A stretch of 63,934 nucleotides of DNA, counting the filler. It is 4 parts of 4 records of this genome, joined end to end, with 100 filler letters (N's around TTAATTAATTAA, not from the genome) between each part and the next. Parts side by side here need not be neighbours in the genome. Positions count along the whole stretch, not along the records: positions 9,269 to 25,748 come from SRR20825006_442; positions 25,849 to 49,024 come from SRR20825006_446; 2 more parts are not named here. The stretch is one strand, 5' to 3'. The notes beneath the pieces were generated by a model that worked only from the letters and a program-made list of their open reading frames with translations, had not been told where the DNA came from and searched no databases. The position numbers and the translations under genes are program-made. This document shows positions 20,444-29,462 of the stretch, in pieces. Positions within the stretch are counted from its first letter, which is position 1. Each line of letters opens with the position of its first letter.

Positions 20444-20575
20444 ACCGGCTATAATTCATTGCTGTGGTAATCCTCACAGTTTAATAGTGTAACATTAATA
20501 TCCTTAAGTTTGGTGGAAAAGTCCTGCGGATGATTCCATAACAAAACCATAGATAAGGCCTTAAAAGGTTAACAA

Positions 20576-20611
20576 CAAAAAAAGGGGATGCTCCATAAAG
20601 AGCATCCCCTT
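20576..20611 (-). terminator. Terminator downstream of susD
   Basis: A-run plus AAGGGGATGCTC...GAGCATCCCCTT. Confidence 0.8.
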
Positions 20612-20635
20612 GACCAAAACAAAATAACTAGATAA

Positions 20636-22099
20636 TTACTGGTTAGTTATAGGGTGTGGCGCATCCCACCAAAGGTTTGTGCCTAAATTGTCTTCTCCTT
20701 GTGTGCTTACTGCGGCTTCATAATTAGCTGAGTTTGATTGTGACCAATCTAAGTCATAACCGTGGCGCACAGGAATATCGCTTCCATTTAAGGGCTCTGC
20801 AGCCGGGGTAAGCTCAGGATATCCTAATCTTCTCCATTCTGCCCAAGCTTCATAGCCTTGTAAGAATAACGCTTTCCATTTTTCTTCTGCAATTTGCTGC
20901 ATCGCTGTTGCATCGTTAGTGCTTAAAGGTACCGTGGCGATATAGGCATCTGCATCTGCTGCGCCCCATTGCTCGTAAGATGCTGTAATTGCTGCCTCAT
21001 AATAATCACTTGCGCTGCCGCTAATCCAGCCTAATTTTACAGCTTCGGCATAAGAGAAAAGTACTTGAGCATAGCTATAGATCACTCCGGGAGCCGTTTG
21101 ATCATAAATAATATCGCTTGTGATAAAAGAAACATCGCTAGCCGCATAGCTTGATGTGGTCAAACCATAAGGCATTCCAATATATTGCGGGTCTCCTGCA
21201 ACTACAGAACTTCTTGTATATTCTGCGTAAACATCAATTCTGCTGTCGTCATCAGCTAATAAGCGGTTTACAAAAACGTCACTTACTGCATAATCCTCAC
21301 GAGTTTCAAAACGATCTTCCCAAGGGTTATCATACGACTGATCTGCAATAAAAGGATAAAGCAGATTTTCAGCATTAGAAGAGATAGCGCCGCTCATCGC
21401 TTCTTGAAATTTAGTTGCTGCTACACCGCTTGCTCCCGGGTATACGTTAGAGAGACGTAAAGCCATACTCAGCTTTAAGGTATTTGCAAACTGAATCCAT
21501 CGGGTCATATCACCGTCAAAGATCAAGTCACCGGTAGGTCCTGCTTCTGAGGTATTGATCAAGGTAAGAGCATCATCAATCTCATCAAAAAGAGAAAGGT
21601 AAATCTCCTCTTGAGAGTCAAATACCGGAGTGGTGTTGTCTAAACCTTGTAGCGCTTCAGAATACGGAAGCATTCCCCAGCGGTCTGTCGCAAACTGGTA
21701 GAAATACGCTTTAAGTAATTTGGCCACAGCGATCTGATTATCGTTAAAACCGTAGGCAACTTGAGTTAATGCGGTTTCCTCATCGCTGTTAAGATCAATA
21801 ATGGTTTGCAAGTTTATTAATGGCCCATAGTAGAGGTAGTCAATATCCCAGTTTCTTGTACCATAACGTGAACCTTCGGTATAGGTAATGTTTGAAATGT
21901 ATTGTACATATAAATTACCTGTCTCTGCGGTAACTGCAGAACCTATTTGCGATTCGGCATAGGTTAAGAGACCACTACTAATTGCAGCTGTAGTAGCATC
22001 TGGATCAATATTGGTGTCGTTAAAATCAACAGTGTCACAAGAAGAGACTTCAAATAACAGAATTGATAACAACGTAAGTTTTAATATATAGTTCTTCAT
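20636..22099 (-). CDS. SusD/RagB family outer-membrane lipoprotein
   Basis: Lipobox SSC, TDRWGMLPYSEAL, EAWAEWRRLGYP and C-terminal LWWD. It lies directly downstream of susC. Confidence 0.93.
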   Translation of the reverse strand: MKNYILKLTLLSILLFEVSSCDTVDFNDTNIDPDATTAAISSGLLTYAESQIGSAVTAETGNLYVQYISNITYTEGSRYGTRNWDIDYLYYGPLINLQTIIDLNSDEETALTQVAYGFNDNQIAVAKLLKAYFYQFATDRWGMLPYSEALQGLDNTTPVFDSQEEIYLSLFDEIDDALTLINTSEAGPTGDLIFDGDMTRWIQFANTLKLSMALRLSNVYPGASGVAATKFQEAMSGAISSNAENLLYPFIADQSYDNPWEDRFETREDYAVSDVFVNRLLADDDSRIDVYAEYTRSSVVAGDPQYIGMPYGLTTSSYAASDVSFITSDIIYDQTAPGVIYSYAQVLFSYAEAVKLGWISGSASDYYEAAITASYEQWGAADADAYIATVPLSTNDATAMQQIAEEKWKALFLQGYEAWAEWRRLGYPELTPAAEPLNGSDIPVRHGYDLDWSQSNSANYEAAVSTQGEDNLGTNLWWDAPHPITNQ

Positions 22100-22112
22100 A
22101 ATAATTTTGTTT

Positions 22113-25100
22113 CTAGAAGGTTAGTTTAATATCCATACCAAAGGTTCTTTGACTTGGATTTTGTCCTGCTTCTACCCAACGGGCGTTTCCACTAGAATAA
22201 TAATCTTCAATTTCAGAAGGGTCAATTCCTTTTACGCTAGAATAAATAAGCCAAAGGTTGTTTGCGTAAACACTTACTTTCACATTTTCAAAAGGAAGAT
22301 TTTCGATCATAGATTTTGGGAAATTATAGCCTAGAGAAGCTTGTCTTAATTTGATATATGAAGCATCATAAAGCCACTCTTCAACAACACCATATAGATT
22401 TCCGAAGTACGTTCTAGGATTCACATAGTATGAAACGAGTTCGCCTGTAGTCGCATCTGCGCCATCTACACGAATACCTCCAGAAGAGCTTTGCGCGTTG
22501 TTCACGTTTACAGAAGTCACTTCGTTTCCGCTGGCATCAATTACGACATCACGTATTGGGTTACCTAAGTCGTTAGTACCTACGGTCTGAATACCTACCC
22601 CTGAACTCGCGTTAAACATTTTTGTAACCGAATAGAATTTTCCGCCTTTTTGAAAGTCAAAAGAGAAGTTTAAATCAAAGTTCTTGTACGACATCTGGTT
22701 GTTGAAACCACCCGTGAAATCAGGCTGAATGTTTGCGATCTTCTCGATAGCATTGGTGTATTGTGGGGTTCCTGCTTCGTTTAAAAGAATGTTGCCATCT
22801 TCATCACGCTGCCATTTGTAACCATAAATATTACCCCAATCGTCACCTTCATCTGCGTATAAATAACCTCTCCAAACGCTAGCTAATAAGGTCTGATCTG
22901 TAAGATCATTGATCTTAACCACTTTCTTATTATAGTTGGCGATGTTGAAAGCCATATTCCATCTAAAATCAGGGCCGTCAAACGGCGTTGCGGTAATTCC
23001 TAATTCCCAACCGTTAGTTTTAGTAATTGACTCGTTTCCGGTAGTTGCAGTATATCCTGTTGCACCATTAATGGTCAATGATGAAGGAAGCTCACTGTCT
23101 TTACGAGCAAAATACGTAAAGTCAAGGCCTATGCGGTTTCCAAAGAAACGAAGCTCTGTACCTAATTCTTTTTCTTCACGAATTCCTCCTTTAAGCGTAA
23201 GGTTAGCTAATGTATTAGGAGTAGAGATGCTTAGCTTGTCTTCGTATGAATTCTGAATAGAGTAAGTATTGTTAAGTGCATATACTCCCGGAAATGATGG
23301 AGCTTGCGCCAGACCGGCACGAAGTTTACCGAAGCTTAATACGTCATTGTTCTCAAGAACATTAGTAAAAATGAAACTTCCTGAAACCCCGTAGGTATCT
23401 ACACTATTGTCATTTACATCTGCAGTAGAGCTCCACTCTTTTCTGTAAGAACCGTCTAAATACAAATAGTTCTCATAACCAATGGAAGCGGTAGCAAACA
23501 TTGAATAGTTCTTTTCTGAAGAGTGATCTCTCGAATAATTAATATTTCCAACCGAAGTTCTGATGCTGTAATAATCTGGAATTTGCAGTCCACCTGTGGT
23601 GTTGGCGCCTATGTAAGAATATTTTCTTTGATTCCATTGTGCACCTACATTTGCCACTACATCAAAAGCACCAAATTTGTTCTCATAGTTGATTTGTGTG
23701 TACAATTCGTTAAACTCATTCGTCGTCGTATTTTCAGAATAGCCTGGCTGACTTAAACCGTACCAACCTGTTTTGCTTTCATACTCATAGCTGTTAAATG
23801 TGCGACGAAGATCTACAAGACCGCTCAAGTGCTCGTCATATTCATATTCTAAACCAATACTACCATAAACCGCATTTTTGATTTGCGAATTGGTGTTTTC
23901 ATAAACATCAAAATAAGGAGAGTTCCAGTATAGAGGTGTTGGATCTGAAGCAGACTTCATATTCCAAGAATAAACTTGTCCGTTTTGTCTGTAATTTTTT
24001 AGACGGTTAATGTCTAATTGACGTTGCCACCACTGGTTGAAGTTAGAACCAATACTACCATAACCTTGTACAGGGAAATTGTCTGTTAATCGGTACTGAT
24101 AGTTGAAGTTTCCGTTGAATTTTAATTTAGGAGCTACATTATAAGATCCTTTAAAAGAAACTGTAGTCTGCTCTCTGTTTGTGTTTGGAGTGATCAACGA
24201 CGTCTTAAGATTGTTGATCGTAGTTTTAATATTATAATCGTCTCCTCCTTTTAGTAAAGAGAACGTAAGGTTGTTAGTAGTTGCTGTTTCATAAAAGTCT
24301 CTTACGTTATCAGGATTTGCAGACCAAGGTCTTAGTTCGCCGTAGGTGTCAGAATTAGGAATCCAACTATCCCAGTGTCTTACAAGAGTTCCATCAAGTT
24401 CAGGACCCCAAGATTCATCTGCAGAATAGTTAGGGGTTAATTGACCTTCAAAAGTTGAAAACTCTTGAGAGTACCCACCACCGTACTGATTTTGATATTC
24501 CGGCAACAGATAAAGAGAAGACATCGATACTGCCTCGTCAATAGAGATTCTTGTTTCTCCGTTTTTAGCTGATTTTGTGGTGATGATAACAGCACCGTTA
24601 CGCGCTTCTGTACCATAAAGAGCTGTACCGGCAACACCTTTAAGAACAGAGATGTCGGCTACATCTTCCATGTTGATATCAGAAACCGAATAGATTTTTA
24701 CACCATCCACTACATAAAGTACTCCGGTTTCCCCTCTTAAACGTATTAAAGCATTGTCAAAAGTAGAACTTGGTGAACCAATGAGCTGAACCCCTGCGAT
24801 CTTACCTGCAAGAGCGCTGTTGATATCAGTATCTTTTGCTTGAACTACAGAAGAACCGTCTATAGATTGTTGTGAATAACCAAGACTCTTTTTCTCACGT
24901 TTAATCCCATTTGCTGTAACAACGACCTCATCAAGGCTTTCTCCTGATTTCAGGCTTATAGAATATGTTGTCTCTTCTGTAACGGGTATTTCTTGATCAT
25001 TAAAACCCATAAAGCTTACTACAAGTATATCTCCGGTAGACGCGTTAAGGCTAAAATTTCCGTCAAAGTCGGTTGAGGTACCTGTGCTTGTACCTTTGAT

Positions 25101-25235
25101 AACCACAGAAGCACCCGGTAAAGGCAATCCGGTATCGTCAACTACAGTACCTGTGATTGTTTGCGTTTGCGCAAGGGCCATCTGTACAACTAATGCAAAA
25201 AAGAGCATTAGAAATCCTTTTGTTTTGATTTTCAT
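22113..25235 (-). CDS. SusC/RagA family TonB-dependent transporter
   Basis: CarboxypepD_reg-like N-domain, LDEVVVTA, plug motif SVLKG..ALYG..ARNGAVIITTK and terminal Phe. Confidence 0.95.
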   Translation of the reverse strand: MKIKTKGFLMLFFALVVQMALAQTQTITGTVVDDTGLPLPGASVVIKGTSTGTSTDFDGNFSLNASTGDILVVSFMGFNDQEIPVTEETTYSISLKSGESLDEVVVTANGIKREKKSLGYSQQSIDGSSVVQAKDTDINSALAGKIAGVQLIGSPSSTFDNALIRLRGETGVLYVVDGVKIYSVSDINMEDVADISVLKGVAGTALYGTEARNGAVIITTKSAKNGETRISIDEAVSMSSLYLLPEYQNQYGGGYSQEFSTFEGQLTPNYSADESWGPELDGTLVRHWDSWIPNSDTYGELRPWSANPDNVRDFYETATTNNLTFSLLKGGDDYNIKTTINNLKTSLITPNTNREQTTVSFKGSYNVAPKLKFNGNFNYQYRLTDNFPVQGYGSIGSNFNQWWQRQLDINRLKNYRQNGQVYSWNMKSASDPTPLYWNSPYFDVYENTNSQIKNAVYGSIGLEYEYDEHLSGLVDLRRTFNSYEYESKTGWYGLSQPGYSENTTTNEFNELYTQINYENKFGAFDVVANVGAQWNQRKYSYIGANTTGGLQIPDYYSIRTSVGNINYSRDHSSEKNYSMFATASIGYENYLYLDGSYRKEWSSTADVNDNSVDTYGVSGSFIFTNVLENNDVLSFGKLRAGLAQAPSFPGVYALNNTYSIQNSYEDKLSISTPNTLANLTLKGGIREEKELGTELRFFGNRIGLDFTYFARKDSELPSSLTINGATGYTATTGNESITKTNGWELGITATPFDGPDFRWNMAFNIANYNKKVVKINDLTDQTLLASVWRGYLYADEGDDWGNIYGYKWQRDEDGNILLNEAGTPQYTNAIEKIANIQPDFTGGFNNQMSYKNFDLNFSFDFQKGGKFYSVTKMFNASSGVGIQTVGTNDLGNPIRDVVIDASGNEVTSVNVNNAQSSSGGIRVDGADATTGELVSYYVNPRTYFGNLYGVVEEWLYDASYIKLRQASLGYNFPKSMIENLPFENVKVSVYANNLWLIYSSVKGIDPSEIEDYYSSGNARWVEAGQNPSQRTFGMDIKLTF

Positions 25236-25342
25236 GTTAGTGATTTAGTTAATAGAAATTTTCGGTGGCAAAACGTTTTACTTTTTGCCAGATCGAATCG
25301 ACCAATTCGACGTTTTCGAAAATAGCGGTACTAAATCGCCTC

Positions 25343-25375
25343 TGTTATGTAAATGTTAACCCATTGTTATACTAT
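25343..25375 (-). promoter_or_regulatory. 11-bp-periodic TGTTA repeats upstream of susC
   Basis: TGTTA at 25343, 25354 and 25365. Confidence 0.55.
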
Positions 25376-25748
25376 CGTATTTATTAGTTAAGGATTTTAA
25401 CACTAATTAATACGATATCGTTGTAATAAGATTCTAATTTCTGAGAATTATTAGCCAAAAAACCAAAAAACCATCAATAAATGACAGTCTTTTAAAAATA
25501 CTGTTGCAGAAAATTAGCCTTTGGCGCGTTTAGAAGCATTTTTCAGAAATATACTTCTAGTAGATTTGTCCGGAAATCTAATATCTACAGTGACAGGAAT
25601 AGATTATCGTTTGCTAATTTTATTGTGGGTGATCTGCTTTTGTCGGGAGCTTTTAAAAGTGCCTTTTTCAAATGTTCTTTTGGCCGCGTGCTTGGTAGCT
25701 CTACCTTGTACTCGAGCGCGCCACATTCTAAAACTAGAAGGTTTCATT

Positions 25749-25848
25749 NNNNNNNNNNNNNNNNNNNNNNNNNNNNNNNNNNNNNNNNNNNNTTAATTAA
25801 TTAANNNNNNNNNNNNNNNNNNNNNNNNNNNNNNNNNNNNNNNNNNNN
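25749..25848. other. Artificial contig-joining spacer
   Basis: N44-TTAATTAATTAA-N44. Confidence 0.98.
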
Positions 25849-26151
25849 ATAGATGCAGCCATGCTCGCAGCCGCGATACGGGTTTACCGTTCTGTCGAAC
25901 GAGATGTCAGGCGATTTGTTGAAGGTGATGATGGTGCGGGCCGAATCCTTCATCAGAAGGGTCTCCATCCGGCTGTCATCATCCTCAATCGTGCCCCAGC
26001 CATCATCAAAGGCCTGGCGTGTTTCGAGCTCGAAACGGCCGGTCTGGTTTGAGATCGCTCCGCGCCCACGCTGCTGGAAGCGTTCTTCAACCTGGCGTGT
26101 GTCGATCAAATTTATTCTGCCGGTGGGGGAGAGTTTCTGTCCAGTTCTCAT
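25849..26151 (-). CDS. PA0069/Rv2578c-family radical SAM protein (SPL-like), N-terminal part cut by contig end
   Basis: RGRGAISN..GRFE and SPDISFDRTVNPYRGCEHGCIY, the start of a CxxxCxxC motif. Confidence 0.88.
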
Positions 26152-26175
26152 GACCAGAACAGGCCACAGATAACG

Positions 26176-26190
26176 GAACAAATCAAGAAC
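26176..26190 (-). promoter_or_regulatory. Alphaproteobacterial LexA (SOS) box
   Basis: GAAC-AAATCAA-GAAC (GTTC-N7-GTTC on the minus strand), about 25 nt upstream of the radical SAM ATG. Confidence 0.75.
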
Positions 26191-26223
26191 ATAAATTTCC
26201 GTGAATGCCGAAAACCTGTGGAA

Positions 26224-26634
26224 TCAAATGCCCTTCAGCGAGCAGAAATTTTCCAGAATTTGACGGACACGGGCTGGCATCTGGCGGGCCAGGACATCCT
26301 GCGTTTCACCGATCTTCTCATATTCATGTCGGCCAGCCAGCGCCGAGGTCTTTCGTCCGGCCATACTCCAGCCGGCAAACATGCGCAGCTCTGCGGATTC
26401 GGCCAGAACCGTGGTGACCGAAATATGGCGAGGGTCTTGGACAATACGGTTGAAGACCTCTTCGACGTTCAGTCGTGTGCCTTCCAGCACCTGGAGAAAG
26501 TTCAAACCATTATAGATCAGGACCCCCGTTATGTTCCGAGGTGCATTATTGCGGATCGACGCGTCAACAATCGCATCGACATCGGCGGACGTGAGGGCGT
26601 CAGACGCAGTGCTGATATAGATCAGTCGATACAT
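26224..26634 (-). CDS. Stand-alone BLUF blue-light sensor
   Basis: YRLIYIS, RNNAPRNITGVL, FLQVLEG, DPRH and FAGWSM. The conserved Tyr/Gln/Trp-Met residues are present. Confidence 0.93.
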   Translation of the reverse strand: MYRLIYISTASDALTSADVDAIVDASIRNNAPRNITGVLIYNGLNFLQVLEGTRLNVEEVFNRIVQDPRHISVTTVLAESAELRMFAGWSMAGRKTSALAGRHEYEKIGETQDVLARQMPARVRQILENFCSLKGI

Positions 26635-26708
26635 GGGCGTCCTGCTCTCTGGGGCCAAGAATTCTGTTGGACAATGCTTTTCCGTTGGGGACGATAACCT
26701 GGGTCAAG

Positions 26709-27317
26709 TTAACGAAGTTTGTTTGCATTCCACCTTCGCCAATCCGGCTCTTCATCCAGATCCTGCAATGTTTCCAACAGTGTCAGGCGAAATGAGGAGG
26801 GAAGGTTTGCTTGCACATCAGCGCGTGCATGAGGGCCGGACCAGCGTACATTGTCGAAAAGTGATGGAAGACCGGGGCGTTTGTTCACACCGAAAAGCCA
26901 GAAGCCGCCATCATCTGCTGGGCCAAACACGGCATCGTTGCGTTGTAACGCACGAACGGCCTGGCGTAGCAGAGTGGCAGAAATGTCCGGAGCATCGGTG
27001 CCAATGAAGAGGACCGGCCCATTCGGCGAGTCGGCGAGGCCTTTGCCAAGTCGCTCGGTCAGCGTGCCTGACCCCTGACTGAAGCGGGGCAGGTGTGGCG
27101 GCCAAGTTCCGCCCAGTGTTTCGCCCAGTGCACAATCCGGTGCGAGATAGAGGGCCACGTCCAGGCCGCTGGAGCGGACGGCTCGCATGGTGCGGGCGAG
27201 CGTGAAATGTGCAATGCGGCGCGCTTCGGTACGGCCCAAACCGGCGGCGAGTCGCGTCTTGGCCAGCCCCATGCGGGGCGGCTTGGCGAAGATGAGGACA
27301 CGGGTGCGCCGCATCAA
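26709..27317 (-). CDS. TIGR04282/DUF2064-like (CofC-related) transferase
   Basis: IFAKPP..G.AKTRL, IGTDAP, GPADDGGFWL and DLD motifs. Confidence 0.85.
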   Translation of the reverse strand: MMRRTRVLIFAKPPRMGLAKTRLAAGLGRTEARRIAHFTLARTMRAVRSSGLDVALYLAPDCALGETLGGTWPPHLPRFSQGSGTLTERLGKGLADSPNGPVLFIGTDAPDISATLLRQAVRALQRNDAVFGPADDGGFWLFGVNKRPGLPSLFDNVRWSGPHARADVQANLPSSFRLTLLETLQDLDEEPDWRRWNANKLR

Positions 27318-27997
27318 CGATACGCCTTGGCGAGGATTTCAGGTTTCGCCCCCAACAAGAAACGGGTGAGCAGGAAGGCATTGCTCCAAGCGCGCTTGCG
27401 CCAGCCATCGCGCTCATACTTTTCAGCCGAGGTGCGCGCGTCGGCGCTCAGGAGGACAAGCCGTTTCTTGCCGAGGGCCCTTGCGATCATCACGTCTTCC
27501 ATCAAGGGCACGTCGGCAAAGCCGCCGACCGCATCGTACAGCTTGCGGGAGATCAGCAGACCTTGATCGCCATAGGGCAGGCCGAACATGCGCGCGCGCC
27601 GATTGGCGCGAGCTTCCAGCCAGCGGGCGGCGCGATCGTCTGAGCGGTACTTGAGTGTGAAAGCCGCGGCCGATTCAGCGCGGCGCTCCATATGGTGGGC
27701 GGCGCGTTCAGCCCAGTCGGGCGAGAGATACGTGTCGGCATGCAGGAATAACAGCCAATCGCCCCGCGCGGCCTTTGCGCCGGCCGCCAGTTGTGCCCCG
27801 CGCCCACTTGCTCCGGTCACCAACGTCGCGCCCGTATCCCCGGCGATACGCGGTGTTGCATCATCAGAGTCGCCATCAGAGACAATCACCTCACGGATCA
27901 GCCCCAGCTCAAGCCCCGGCATCAAGGCCTGAAGACACTCCGGCAGGTCGCTGGCGGCGTTCAGTGTGGGAATGATGATCGAGAGCGGTGCGGGCAT
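27314..27997 (-). CDS. TIGR04283-like family 2 glycosyltransferase
   Basis: SIIIPTLN, LFLHAD, PYGDQG and PLMEDV. Confidence 0.88.
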   Translation of the reverse strand: MPAPLSIIIPTLNAASDLPECLQALMPGLELGLIREVIVSDGDSDDATPRIAGDTGATLVTGASGRGAQLAAGAKAARGDWLLFLHADTYLSPDWAERAAHHMERRAESAAAFTLKYRSDDRAARWLEARANRRARMFGLPYGDQGLLISRKLYDAVGGFADVPLMEDVMIARALGKKRLVLLSADARTSAEKYERDGWRKRAWSNAFLLTRFLLGAKPEILAKAYR

Positions 27998-28082
27998 TTT
28001 TTCTCCCTATCAGGCAATCGCATGGCGCGGAACCGGGCAGGGGTTAACGCGTTTGAGAGAAACCAGACAAAGGATCCCTCAC

Positions 28083-28559
28083 ATGCCCTCGATTTACGAA
28101 ACCCTGAAGAAAGACCATGACTCCCATCGCGACCTGTTGGCCCAACTGGCCGAGACAGAAGGCGACTCGTCCAAGCGCCGCAAGCTCTGGAAAGAGTTCT
28201 ATTACGATGTGGGCGGGCATGCCGCCGCCGAGGAAGAGACATTTTATGCGCCCCTGATGAAGGGCGAGGCGGGCCAGCCGAAGGGCCGTCACTCGGTTGC
28301 CGAGCACAAGGAACTGGACGACATCATTCAGGAACTGGATGAAATGGACATGAGTTCGCCCGGCTGGCTGACGCGTTTCAAGACGCTGCGCCATGATTAC
28401 GAGCATCATATCGATGAGGAAGAGACCGAAATCTTCCCCGTCGCAAAGGACGTGATCGGCCCTGATAAAGATGGCTCGATCGGCGAAGCCTTCCTTGAGC
28501 GCAAGCAGCGCGAAATGAAGCTGGTTGATCAGAAGGCCGAGGAGGCTCTGGAGGAATAG
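28083..28559 (+). CDS. Hemerythrin-like (HHE) domain protein
   Basis: DH..H, HAAAEEETFY, AEH and HHIDEEETEIFP. Confidence 0.88.
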   Translation: MPSIYETLKKDHDSHRDLLAQLAETEGDSSKRRKLWKEFYYDVGGHAAAEEETFYAPLMKGEAGQPKGRHSVAEHKELDDIIQELDEMDMSSPGWLTRFKTLRHDYEHHIDEEETEIFPVAKDVIGPDKDGSIGEAFLERKQREMKLVDQKAEEALEE

Positions 28560-28579
28560 TTCCTCCGGGTGGCTGACCT

Positions 28580-29368
28580 CTAGCCTCCAAGTTCTCCCAG
28601 AAGCTGCTCGACCAGCAACAAGTCCCGCCATGCGCGGGACTTGTCCTGTGGGCGGCGCAAAAGATAGGCCGGGTGCAGGATCGGGATCAGCGGGGCGGTG
28701 AATCCACCGGCGGTCTTGAAAACATGTTCCGTGCCACGCAGGCGCATGATGCCATCTGCGCTATCGAGCAAGGACTTGGCTGGCACGCCGCCCGCGGCAA
28801 TAATCACTTCCGGAGCGACCAGTTCCACCATCCGATCCACAAACGGACGACATACGGCGAGCTCCTCGGCTTCCGGATTCCGGTTGGCCGGGGGGCGCCA
28901 GTAATTCACATTGGTAATGAAGGCATTTTCCGTGCGGTCACGGTGAATGGCCGCCAGCATCTTGTCGAGCAGCTGTCCGGCCTTGCCCACAAAGGGCAGG
29001 CCCTTGCGGTCCTCTTCGGCGCCCGGCCCTTCGCCGATCACCATCAGGCTGGCACCCGGCGTGCCATCATAGACGACTGTATTTTCTGATGCGCTTTTCA
29101 GCGGGCTGCCTTCAAAGGCTACGATGGCCGCTTTTAGCGCCTCGACCGAATCACAGGCCGCTGCGGCAATTTTGGCCTCTTCAACCCAGTCCGTTTTCTT
29201 CCGGCGTGGGCGGCGCACAGGGGCATCCTGGGCAACTGCAGCAGGCGGCGCGGCACTGTCGGCAACCTTCAGATAGGCCTTTACCGCGGCGTCATCGACT
29301 TCCACGCCCATGTCGCCCCACCACTCGGTGAGGGCCTTAATTGCATCAATTGACGCAGGGGTGGGCAT
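28580..29368 (-). CDS. Uracil-DNA glycosylase family 4
   Basis: IGEGPGAEED, PFVGKAG, WRPPANR and HPAYLLR. Confidence 0.92.
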   Translation of the reverse strand: MPTPASIDAIKALTEWWGDMGVEVDDAAVKAYLKVADSAAPPAAVAQDAPVRRPRRKKTDWVEEAKIAAAACDSVEALKAAIVAFEGSPLKSASENTVVYDGTPGASLMVIGEGPGAEEDRKGLPFVGKAGQLLDKMLAAIHRDRTENAFITNVNYWRPPANRNPEAEELAVCRPFVDRMVELVAPEVIIAAGGVPAKSLLDSADGIMRLRGTEHVFKTAGGFTAPLIPILHPAYLLRRPQDKSRAWRDLLLVEQLLGELGG

Positions 29369-29462
29369 CTGGACGCTCTGGACCTTCCTGATAGACGCTG
29401 TAATTGCTTAATCAAATGGGCTTATGAGCGGGCACCCTATCACCCGCAAGGAGGAGAAACCA

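Noticed and set aside
25521-25748. 91-aa ORF running into the spacer
   Set aside because: TTG start, no recognisable motif, and it terminates only in the artificial linker.
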